From Lingula anatina (lineage: Eukaryota > Animalia > Brachiopoda), in contig CM120648.1 of the NCBI GenBank assembly GCA_051362555.1, forward strand, positions 5,204,587 to 5,268,586: a stretch of DNA of 64,000 bases, written 5' to 3'. Shown in pieces: positions 41,304 to 52,961 of the stretch. Position numbers and translations under genes: made by a program. Positions within the stretch are counted from its first letter, which is position 1. Every line of letters begins with the position of its first letter. The notes under the pieces were generated by a model. That model ran no database searches. It was given only the letters and a program-made list of their open reading frames with translations, and had not been told where the DNA came from.

Positions 41304-42769
41304 TTAAAATAATTTGCTCAACAATGACAAAAACATCACAGCGTAGGTCAACCCTGAAAGTCGTGTCCTTTGTGACGTCCCGTCCCCAGTTGTCGCAGGT
41401 GTCGTGTATCGACAAATGACAGTGTTGTCATACAGCAGGGAGCTTGTCCAGATGAACTTGGACTGACCCCAAGATATAGTCCGAGGGTTGATGCCCTCCC
41501 CTTCCTGTGGTGCTCGCCCCCACCCTACCTCTTGGTCCGTGAACTCGGTGGCGGAGACCCAGGTATCGTCCGCAGTGAAATTTTTGGTCCACCTGCGGAG
41601 TGAAGGGGAGAATTATACTTCACATCAACTCTGCTAGAAATTAATACACTGAATTGCACAATTAAAAATTACATGTACATCAACAAATAAAGATTAATTT
41701 ATAACACAGAGGAACTACAAAATAGTATAAAATAAAGAAGGGTTGTAGAAAAGAAACAAGATGAACGAGAAAAACAGAATAAGGAAGAAAGAAAAAGGGT
41801 AACTAGGAAGAAGGATTTTTCAGTTTTCAAGTAATCGTATCCATAGTGAATATACCTGGGCATAAGACAGTTTCATATATATTGCTTCTAACATTAAGCA
41901 TATGAAAAACATTTGGACTCAGACAAGCATCGACAGAGTTGTTTTTCAGTTATCCTGTTAATCAAATTGTCAGCTAGTAAATATTTTAAAGATATGTAAC
42001 ACCATTCGGATACTTTCCAAATACCCCTAAAATGTCCCTATAGTCCAGCTTAACGTTCACCGAGGCAGTATACCGATACCTTGTGTAATAAGTGAGAGGA
42101 GGATAGGAGTATCGTACCAGTTTTCTGGCATGGTGAAGTGCTCGCCACGGCAAGTGGTCCAAGGTTTCGGGCCCGAGGCACAGTTCAGGTCTATTGGACC
42201 CCTGAAGAACGTCTTACATTTCCACGCTGAGCTGGTAACCGTGCCTTAACATAAAATATATTGTTGAAAACTCTTGGATTAAGTTTATACGAGTACAAAT
42301 TATTACGATTACTGTAGGGGAGACCGGGGCTAGTTGGACCCCGGGGTAAGTTGGCCCCCCGTCAAGTCTCTTTAATAAAGTTACTTTAAGATGCTAAATT
42401 ATTTCATTTGGACTCACTGCCGACGCTTTCTTAGCACTATTGGATACGGTCACTTTACAAAATGATGTAATCTCACTCTTTACGGGACTACATTTAGTTC
42501 ACCTCTGCATACTATATCTTAGGTCAGGCGATGATGCCAATTTCTCTCTAGCGTAACGAGATTCAGTATATACAGTTGTACAGTACATTGAACTCTTGCA
42601 TTCAACGAGGCTGGAGTTGATATATGTATATGTAAAAAACATTATCACATTCCTCGCGTTAGGTAGGGGCATGAAGTAGACCTATCTACGGCTGACACAT
42701 GTCAAATAGGTAACAACGGAGAATGCTTCGATATAAAGTTCAATTTTTAAAAGTCTAGAGCCCATCGAA

Positions 42770-42812
<43 letters not shown>

Positions 42813-43194
42813 GAATAACTGTCGTTGTGACCTAAGCCGCCCTTCCCCCTCTGTTCCAAAACTCGGGACCACGCTCACCGTCATCAAGGATCATTCTTAG
42901 CCCGCCGTCTCCCACTTGGGTGTCATTGTACTCCAGAGTTGTCAGGTTATCCGCGTTGTCCGCTGCCCAAATGGCGAACACGTTCTCTCCGCCATCCTCC
43001 ACCTCGAAGTTGACGGCGGTGGCGGTATGGGGAATAAACAGAGTGTCGTCTGCTATGAATCCCCCGTTTACGTACAGTTTAAAATAGTTGTCGACGTATA
43101 CGTGACCAGAAACGGTTTTAGTTTCTGAGAAATTCACTCCCACTAGTGCCAAATAAATTAATAGAATTGCAGTCACTGTTCTCAGAACAGGCAT
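41304..43194 (-). CDS. Uncharacterised secreted, probably GPI-anchored acidic protein, array copy C
   Basis: Exons 42879-43194, 42118-42244 (127 nt), 41304-41592 (stop TAA 41304-41306); same structure as A and B. The last two exons are absent from the ORF track. Confidence 0.88.
42313..42465. mobile_element. DNA transposon end fragment in copy C intron 1
   Basis: tgtaggggagaccggggctagttggaccccggggtaagttggccccc (TIR-like with subterminal repeats) begins exactly where C departs from the paralogous intron of copy A. Confidence 0.45.
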
Positions 43195-43271
43195 GATTTG
43201 TGTCGTCTTCCTGTCGTGCACGGTGATTTACTCTGATTTGACTCATTGCCTAGGCAGTAAAAATTATCTAA

Positions 43272-43289
43272 TTTGCATGAGTGACGTCA
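43272..43289. promoter_or_regulatory. Octamer + CRE module upstream of copy C
   Basis: ATTTGCATgagTGACGTCA, identical to copy A. Confidence 0.5.
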
Positions 43290-44535
43290 GCTCACCACAG
43301 AGCCTCGTTCTCGGAAATAGCCTCGATGAGGCGCAAAGATTTCCTGGGGGCAACCATATAAGTATTTAGTCTGTAATTATCTGATTTATTCTACATTTGA
43401 ATTTTTATTTGAATAGCTGGCGGCTATTACTCGTCTGGTCCTCTGATGAAATTCGGTCCCCGAGCTCTACATGTAGGCCTAATCTGGCGCCTACAGGCGC
43501 TGTCGTTCACCATTTGATATCACAAGGGCCTCTAGTACATGTATTCCAAAGATATCTACATCTTTTGGAGTATACACTATAGTGAAGCATACACAATTCC
43601 AAATCCCAAACAGTTTTCTGGGCTGGCTCTGTACTGGCCCCAAATTTTGAAAACTTAAAAAATTTAAACACAACTAAAAATGCAGATGTACTAGTACGCT
43701 GTACACTGAATATTAATTTATATAGAAGTGCATTTTATTTACTGGAATTCACTTTCCCTATAATATTTTCTATTAAAATCGCTATTGAAGACTATCCTTA
43801 ATTGCAAATGTACAATGTGTAATTTTTACTAAGTAACAGTAGATGTATGATTTTGCAAACTGTGGAATTTGCTACTGTTTTCTTTGTTCCAATGTTTAAC
43901 AAAACACATCCATATTACCGGTCCTTTTGCTAAATACATGTCTTGTTTATATATATTTATATTTAAAAATATTGGGTATGCTTAAGCGGTTTCTGGCTTT
44001 CGATATATAAAATCGAACACATGAACTGAATTTTAATACCATCTACGGCACTTGGAAAACACAAGGTCCCAAGTATAAGAAAGTTTCTTCCAAATTATAT
44101 GTTCCTCTCAACAATAATTAGTACATAAGTATATAAGCAATTGAATCTCAATATTACTGCCATCACCTCTCTTCCACCCTTCAAATATTCAAATATTCCT
44201 TTTATGTAATATATACCTTTGTTTTATAACAGTAAGCCAATGTATATTGTATATTAATATGATTTTGCACCTTGGAGTGTATAAATGAGTCTGTCTTGAT
44301 AGGTAAATGCTATACAAATCATTACTTATTAATAATTAAAACAGTTTAGGCCCAGCTTATCATGACACTTAGAACTCAGGCAGTTGCCATGCAGAGCCGT
44401 CTGGTGGTAATTTTCTAGAATTGTGTGTTAAGGGTACTTTACAGACCAGGTATAGGCGATATGTTATAGACAATTTCAAGAATTAAGTAACGCATATTCT
44501 GTTCAGATTGTTGAATTGTTCTCGAGCCATCGTGG

Positions 44536-46100
44536 TTATTTCTTTAACAATATCTTCTCCACACCGAGCATGGGAACCTCGAAAAGGAGAGAGGCGACCA
44601 GACCGGCCACATAGGATAGGACCAGGAAGGCAGTAAAAAAGATCGTCTGAAATGGTAAAAATAGATACTTTCAAGGTTTGCCATCATGATGAAATTAACT
44701 AGACTTTTGTTCCGTTTTATAAACAAGTACTGCATTATAGTTACAGGTACATGTATGTCACATTTTACACTGTATGGAATATCTATAGAAAATGAATTAA
44801 TGTGAAGCTATACCCAGATGCAGGAGGATTTAACACCAAATTCCGTACAACGCCTGCACCATGAGCCTTTTTTGTCTCCTTTCCAATGTTCGCTTCACTG
44901 CTTACATCTTCGGTTATTTCCGTCAATCTTCGGACTCACCTGACTGAAGTCGGACACAGTGATGTTGGTGGTCCGGCCGCCCCACACGTAGACGACCTGG
45001 ATGTAACTATGGACGAGGTAGACTGCATACGTCAGACGACCCAATGGTACCCATGGTGACCAGGACAAGATGGTGTTGATGAAACCTTGAAAATTCAAGC
45101 GGTAGTTTTACTTCTAAAATTGTCTAAATGTTTAAATCGACATGATATCACGCACGTGCAAGCGCGCACGCACGCGCACGCACACAAACACAAAGATAGA
45201 TAGACATAGGGCCAGATAGCCAATAAGACAGGGACACAGACAGGGGCATGTAAAACAGACAGATAGAGAAAGATGACTGGTCAACCGACTGCCAGACAGC
45301 GAGGCAGACAAGTACATGTACTAGTACCCTACCTCCGTATCCCGTGGCACAGGCCACTATGATCCACCCCAGGGCCGCTGCCCACAAGGGCTTGGTGACC
45401 ACGGTGTAAGCAATATTGGGTTCCAGCTCCCAGTAACCGTTCTTCACTTCATCATATTTCACATACACTATTACGGTGACTAGACTTAGAGACAGGAACC
45501 AACCCAGGGCAACAACGGCCTGAAAACAGTTTAAAAATAATATTATCTAAAAAAAATACTGATTAAGATAGTAAATATAATGTTTAGGTTAAGAACCAGA
45601 AAGTACTTTTAAATTTTGCACGTCATGACGCATATTCTGTACAATGGCGTCAAAATGACGTCAGAAGTCTAGTAGGCTACGAGCTGTCCCACCAGGCACG
45701 TGCAAACGCGATACCTTATTGCTCTTACCTTATGCATTTTCAGCTTTAGGTCAGTTTTGTACAGTATATATCCCACCACGAGCCCCACTAGGTACGGACC
45801 CACGCGGCACCAGGGAAGCATGTAGTAGTCAGTTAAAAACTTCCTCCTGGAATTCGAGAATTAGTTAAGCCTCATACAGCATTCAATAAAGCAACATATC
45901 AGACCTGGAGATTATTTATTTATTGATTCCCTGGCGAGAGTTTATTTACTCAAAATGAAAATAGAAAAGATGCATGAACAGGTTGATGGTGAAGTAAATT
46001 TATTTTGAAGCAGTTGCATTTAAAGCTACAATTTTACTAAAAACAGAGCTTATGCCACACTTTTTTTACCAAATAGGTTAATAGATACTGACATTACAAA

Positions 46101-46135
<35 letters not shown>

Positions 46136-49100
46136 AATTGAATACATAAAATCAGTTAATTAATAAAAAATAGAAAATAAATTTAAAGATTAGAAAAGCA
46201 CGCCTCTTAGCGCAGACTATCTCCAAGGAGACTCCATTTTCCTCTTCACATAATTACTTATTAACCAAAAATTAGATAAAGATGAGATTATACACTATCA
46301 ACTGATTGAAATGCGAAAGAGCACATTGAGCGTCAGCGGGAGGTGTTCAAGACATAAATCACGATAGGATGGCAGCGTATTATTTTTCGCATTTTCCCCA
46401 CAAAAATATGTTTTTATTTCATACTAGGCCACCTATTACTAGCGATTGCCCCCCTCTCCTTCTTGAGTACCGTGGGTCAGACTGCACACAAACACGCGCG
46501 CACACGCACGCACACGCACGCATATATTACTTACTCACTGAAATCCCCGCCTTTATACAAAGCATCTAACGCATACCCGCCGGCCAGTCCATTTGCTACC
46601 AACCCAACGACAACAAAAATAACACCAACTACTGGTTTCCTAGAAATAAAGAAATGTATTTTTACATTCTATCGATCTATCTACGCTTTGATATTGTGGC
46701 AACATTTTTCAATTACACTGTAGCAGTATATCGTATGTCATTGAAACTATAACCAAATAGGGAGTAAGGAAAAAAATAATCAGAAACTGCAAGGTTATAC
46801 GTCTGTGAAAGTAAAATAAAAGGTGAATTTAATCAAATGTGAAGACCTGTTCCAGAAAAACGCAGAATAAAGATATGGACTTTTTTTGTTCCATTTCCAT
46901 TGCTATTCAATGTCCTTTGACATACATAATACTGAGAACATAATTACATGTACAAGATAGGCCTACATATAATCAGCACACTACTTAAAATTAGGTCACA
47001 TAAATTGTAAAATCACTCCTTATTTGAATTCTTATACTCATGGTGGATTTACCTATAATTCATTAAGAAAAGCGTTATATGAACCGGTCTCTACTCACCA
47101 GAACAGTGGCAATATAAACAGCGGCGCAATCACGTAGAACTGGAAGTCGTTGGCCACATACCAACTAATGGGGAAACACTGCATAGAAATATTAACTTTA
47201 TGTATAGTATTTAATATTTAGTATAAATTTATAGTTTTATTGCTGCATACATGTATCTTGTATAGCATCCTTAGCAACTGGCGACGAATATAGACCCTAC
47301 ATAGGCCTATAAAACTAGAAAAGCACTCCGAGAGCGCAGACCTTATTATTGATTGATTATTGATCCGGATCACCACCAAAAACTAACCCTCTATTCCTTG
47401 GCCCACTTCTGACAGTTTCTGAAAACTTCATTAAAATCGGTCCATAACTTTTTGAGTTATGTTGATGACAAACAAACAAACAGACAAACAGGGGTGAAAA
47501 CATAACCTCCTTTGCGGAGGTAATAACATCAGGATATGTCACAGGATATATCATCACGAAGATGATGAACCGATCTTCCTTATATTGTGACGCTGTACAT
47601 ACACGTATAAAATACAAACGCTGTAGACTTAACAAAAGTGCATCCAATTAGGACACATTTTTTATTCAGGCGGTAGGTGAAATCCCGACTGTTTTTGAAC
47701 ACTGAAAAATGATCCCAACCGTCTATGGTCTAAATTTGTGTCATGATTGGTTGATTTAATTTTTTTAATGTTTCATTGATCTCCACACAAAACAACTGAA
47801 AATTGATTAGTTGGACTACATGCAGACACACGGGTCGCGGCGGACAAGGTTGTACAACGAAACATACAAATCAAAGAAACGGATTTAATTCTTACCATGT
47901 TCTCGGGACGAACAATGTTATTGACGTATAAGATATTGGTCCACCAGTTTTCACTACAAGCCGGGTCTTTGAAGGGGTACGTGAGTGGCCATAGAGGACC
48001 ACTTCCCATGTACGGCATCAGGGCAACAGAGGAAAACAACAGCATGAAATACAGCGGGGAAAGCCTAAAAGATTACAAAAATTACACGTTATTTTTGTTT
48101 ATACGTTAAAGAGATTTTGGAAACATTGGCATTTTAGTTACTGTTATTTTTCATTGTCGTAAATTAAAAAAATGTAAATCACTTATAAATAGTGAGCTAA
48201 TACCTTGTGTATCGATGCACATAATACATCACCATGGACTTCACGTGAGGGCCCTTTTCTCTGCGTAACTGCCGCAGGAATAAGTAGGCTACCAACACAC
48301 CGCTAAAATAAACCACATAGCATCGGTTTATTAGACGGATAATAATTAACAGGAGTCAACTGCCAAGAGAAGGGTTCTAAGGTAGACTATCCGCGTTTGA
48401 AAAAAAAGTTCCAAAGTCATATATATAACATGTACCCTACAAATAAAAGCGAGACTAATATACAGTGCATGAGCTTGTATTATAAACACGTTAAAGGAAA
48501 AAAATGAACATAACTTCATAAACGTATATATATTCAAAGGGGATTGAGCATTGATTCAAAGCAACGGTTTCAATTAGGAAAAGACACTAGTGCTCCATAC
48601 CTGAGAAGAAAGAACGTATCCACGGAGTAAACGGCATTAGTGATTGCTTGGAACGAGAAATCCTCGGTTTTCTTCATAGCACCAAGAAGATTACCTGCAA
48701 AACGGACATAGTAGGGTGTATTAACTTTTCTACAAAGCTTAAATAAATTGTACTCCAAAGAGTCATGAAAAATATGTATACAAGGATAGGCCATGTGACT
48801 CATTTTAAAGTTTTCAGAGAATAGGCCTAAGCAACGATCGACGTATTGTACAATAGGAGCTACAATCGAATCTTCCGTACACCAATAGGTGAGGTATAAA
48901 AACAACTCTTGCTCCCTTTTCACATAGAAATATTTACAGCAGTTGGGTATTGGAAAAAAAAGCCTGTACGCCCTCTATCTATTATCTTCCTACCAGTAGA
49001 TACAGGTATATCCCTATAAATATAGAGTGACGCTCAAGCAAAGCAAATTAAGAAATGGATGAGGATGGGCGATCAATTGTACCCTAGCTTTCTTTAACAA

Positions 49101-50959
49101 CTGGATTCCAGGTGAAAACTCTTCCTAGGTTCACTAGTGAGAGTATAATACTTACTCATGTTCCCCCTGAGCGTGGAATACGTGTGTCCCAGAACAATCC
49201 AGGCCATGCTCATTACCCGGATGCCGTTGATACACGTAATGGCGGCGCTTCCTTGGTGGGTACTTAGCAACCGGGGCAGAGTCGTGTACAGAGAGAAGGC
49301 AGTGAGGAGACGTATAGCGGTTGGCGCTGAAGGAAAATGTTGATATTTAAAATATTTTGAGGCAATTTGTTAGCCTACCAGCATAAACCAGTATACAGGT
49401 GAGGTCACATTAGAGCGTCTGCCACCTTCGTTCTGTCATATACGCATTTTGATCATCATCGTTTTGCTCAAATAACCATGCAGTGGGAAAAGCAAATACT
49501 CGTTTCCCTTTTTGTTTCTTGTCTTAATGATCCATAAAATTTTGGAATAAATATATAAGGTGTTTAACACTGAGTTTGAGGACCAAAATCTCTCTTGAGT
49601 TCTGGAAACTAGGATGAATTTAGGACCCATTATGGAAATAAAGAAGAAAAGAAACGAATAATTAATGTACCTTCTGCCTTTTTCGGGTTTTCTAAAGAGA
49701 TCGGGGCATTGTCGGTGTTGGCCGCTATATTATTCAGTTTCAATGTCTCTTTCTCTTTGCTCTCCGTTGCCATCATTTTGTCCAGTCCAAAACCTTCCAA
49801 CAGAGTCCCCGTGAGCACGGCCATGCCAAACACCATAAGTAGACAGCTGCACAACGAAACAAAGGTATACAGAATATAAGGGAGATAAGAAAATAGGGAT
49901 AGAATATTTTTAAAAATGAGATACGTTGGGGTCTTGCGCAATGTGGGCGTACCCAGCAGAGTATAATTAAAGGCTGTGGCGCACACTACAAACGCAGCAC
50001 GGACTAGGTAATTCCTATCACTATTCTAACACATATCCATCCAGATGTTCAAAAAATGTAAGACAATATTTTTATTTATTTATTAAAAACAGAATAGAAA
50101 ATGTCCGTGTTTAAATTCTGTCTACTTAATGTCGGTGCTGCACCGAACTCGCTAGTGGGACAATATTTCTGACTACTCGCTCTTCCAAACCCCGCAGTAT
50201 CTCGTTTGATGTTAAGCTACATGTAAGTCACGAGACTTAATGTGGCCTATCTCAGACGCTTCTCACGAAACGCTTGACAGTACAGGTACTAATACATACA
50301 TGCAAGCTATGGCTGTAGGATCACTAGACAGGTGTTGGACTTTATCTTTCTCACACACTGCGCGTGTCTTCAGCTGCGACATTATTTCTGTAAGGAAAGG
50401 ACGTTTACAGAGGTGTTGACAGGCGCAGGCAAAAGGCTTGGCAAAATTGAAAACTTTAGTCTTAAAGTTTCGGCTAACTTGCATACAAAGGTTTGTTTTT
50501 GCAACTGACCCGTGTTCTTAGTAACAATACAGTACGACCCCAGTACAATACCGCTAAGACGCACGTTTTAACATGGCCGTCAAGTCGCCGGAAGTGCACG
50601 TGCTTGGAAGACACGTCCCGAGGGAAATCTCCATTGACCCGCCAGTGGCACCAGTCATCTGGAATAGATGGTCATCTGTTACATCTGGAATATATACTGT
50701 AGGTGGATATCTTTTATAATACATCAATGGATTACACGAAGCAAAAGCATTATTTGGCGGGGATTCTAGCTCGGCAATGATTCCAGTTAGACAGTGATCC
50801 CATTTGGGCAATAATTTGAGTTAAATAATGATTCAAGTTGGGCAATATTAATTTAGGGTTTATTTATTGGTATGGATGTCATAAAGGGAACGCTTTAGAG
50901 CTTAATGTCAAGTCAGTTATTCACGGTAAATGCTATACAGCCATACATTGCCCTCCAAA

Positions 50960-51006
<47 letters not shown>

Positions 51007-51431
51007 ATACCGCAACAGAGAATGCAAAGCAGACTATCCATCCCAGTACTGTAGAAATTGTCAACACATAAACATTTTAAAAATCTCTTCCCCCGTAGCA
51101 GTCCGCCAGTGCGTGTGTGTGTGCGTACGTGCATTTGTGTGTGTGTGCACGCTCTTGTTTGATATGAACATGATAAAGACACCTTGGTATATTGTTCAAC
51201 GTGATAAGAACGGGACAACTTACCCCAGCTATGTTTGCAGGCAGGACAGAAGCTGGCACGGTAATATAGGCTCTACAGTATTCACCGTTGAAGCTATGGT
51301 CACCCCGAGCCAACCCGGCCAAGGGTGCATCTCTGCAATCAAAAATGATTAAAAATTGTTGATCAATCAGACATAGTATCCAAAACTTATCAGTGGAATT
51401 TCGTCCTGTTGTTTCGTGCAAGCAATCAATT

Positions 51432-51464
<33 letters not shown>

Positions 51465-52961
51465 CATTGGCACCATCGGTCTACGTGGATCGACCCAATT
51501 CTGTGGGGACTCTGGCTGATTGCAATCAGCTTAAATCAATGACACTCCTCCAACGTGCGATTGCAGCCAGCAAGAGTCCCTGCACAGTTGGGCTGATCCA
51601 CCTACACCGATGGTGCCTATGGGAGTGGACCCTTAAACCTTATTGTATATCAAAACAAGCGCACTCACTTGATGTGTGCTTTCACTCGCATACATTCATA
51701 GTACTGGCCTAACCAATGTGCATCTCCGTACATGACACCCGCTGGCAGCTTGGCAAATGAATCGAACACTGAAAAGACCACGTCACGCCACAATTGACTG
51801 ATTGGTTATTTATTGATTATCGATCACGGGGTTGATTCTATGATTTTATAACTGCAGGTGTTTTAATGTGTATTGGTTGATATCAGAGTATTTCCACTAA
51901 TTTCCACAATGTTAAAAAAGGGCTTAGGTTACTGTACACGTACTGAAGGTCTTCAACAAATGTGCTGAATGACCAATTCAATATTGGCTTTCTCAAGACA
52001 TCTTAATCCAGTTCCTTAAAAGAAACTGTATTGTGTGGCGCACACACCTACAATGCTCTTTAGATCATTGTAAAACAAGGGACGCAACGAATCATGACTC
52101 TAGGGATAAAATGTATTCAGCTGCCCATCTTAACAAATCAAGTTCACATTCGGACATATTATAAACCAGATAATTATGTTTATAAATACACTTACTTTGC
52201 AGTGCCCATTGCTGTCCAGTTGCAAGACCACTGACCACGAAGCTCATATCTCTCAGGCACTGGCCAGACACGTTTTTGAAGCCGGTGACAGAAGAGAGCG
52301 CACTGGGTAAAATCATCTGTATTACAGTTGCCATGTCCATTCCCTGCACTATACCAGCCAAGGCACTATTGTTGTTTAACAGAGATGAGAATTGTGCTGG
52401 TAAATTCATGTTTCCCTGATTACCACTTTGCAAAAATTGTTGCAAAATCGGCACTGCGTTTTTTACAATGAAGTCTTTGTTGGTAATTATGAGGCTCTTC
52501 AGTGGTTCGTCTACTCCGGAAGATGCAAAATCCAGGAGCCATCTAATGTTATCTGGACTCAAAGCCTGTTGGAGGTACCCCAGTAAGCCATCTGGTGCCG
52601 GAGTGCTCGTTAGTTCAGTAGCCTTGGTGGTCTGGTTTTGCGATGCGACGATCGTAGCGTTTTCGGTTTGAGCCGGAAGAGATGGGCTGACTGTATAGAC
52701 ATTTGAAACAGTCGCGGTGGCGCCATGTTGGCCCGAGACAGACAATGTGGTCGCTTCAGTTGATTGAATTGATGCATTAGCGCCGGTTTGCCCAGTCAAC
52801 CCGATGGTAACGATATTTGCCGTGGTTCCTGTCCCATTTGTGGCCGCACCAGAGACTCCATTTTGAGTGGAGGTGGGCGAGATGGTTCCATTTTGTGATG
52901 CAACACCGGCACATATCACACACAAAAGGAAAACTACTGCATAATAGGATGAATGCTTCAT
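44536..52961 (-). CDS. NRF-6 / OACYL-like protein 2 (with Ser/Thr-rich N-terminal stalk)
   Basis: Exons 52196-52961, 51669-51768, 51224-51332, 50565-50658, 50300-50387, 49671-49846, 49156-49326, ~48601-48694, ~48204-48302, ~47896-48065, ~47098-47178, ~46537-46638, ~45729-45846, ~45332-45519, ~44940-45085, 44536-44646. Motifs MFDSFAK..WLGQYYEC, GTCLPSTCT, CINGIRVMSMAWIVLGH, YSVDTFFLLSG, WYVANDFQFY, PWCRVGPY, FEVP. Confidence 0.92.
47314..47525. mobile_element. Non-autonomous Helitron/Helentron-like (HINE-type) element
   Basis: Starts actagaaaagcactccgagagcgcagacc, contains an (ACAA/ACAG)n tract and ends in the hairpin cataacctcctttgcggaggtaa; this architecture is typical of short rolling-circle derivatives in aquatic animals. 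Confidence 0.65.
51461..51626. mobile_element. Foldback/MITE-like imperfect inverted repeat
   Basis: ccattggcaccatcggtctacgtggatc..gggactctggctgattgcaatc pairs with gattgcagccagcaagagtccc..gatccacctacaccgatggtgcctatgg; adjacent to a (TA)n run. Confidence 0.75.
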
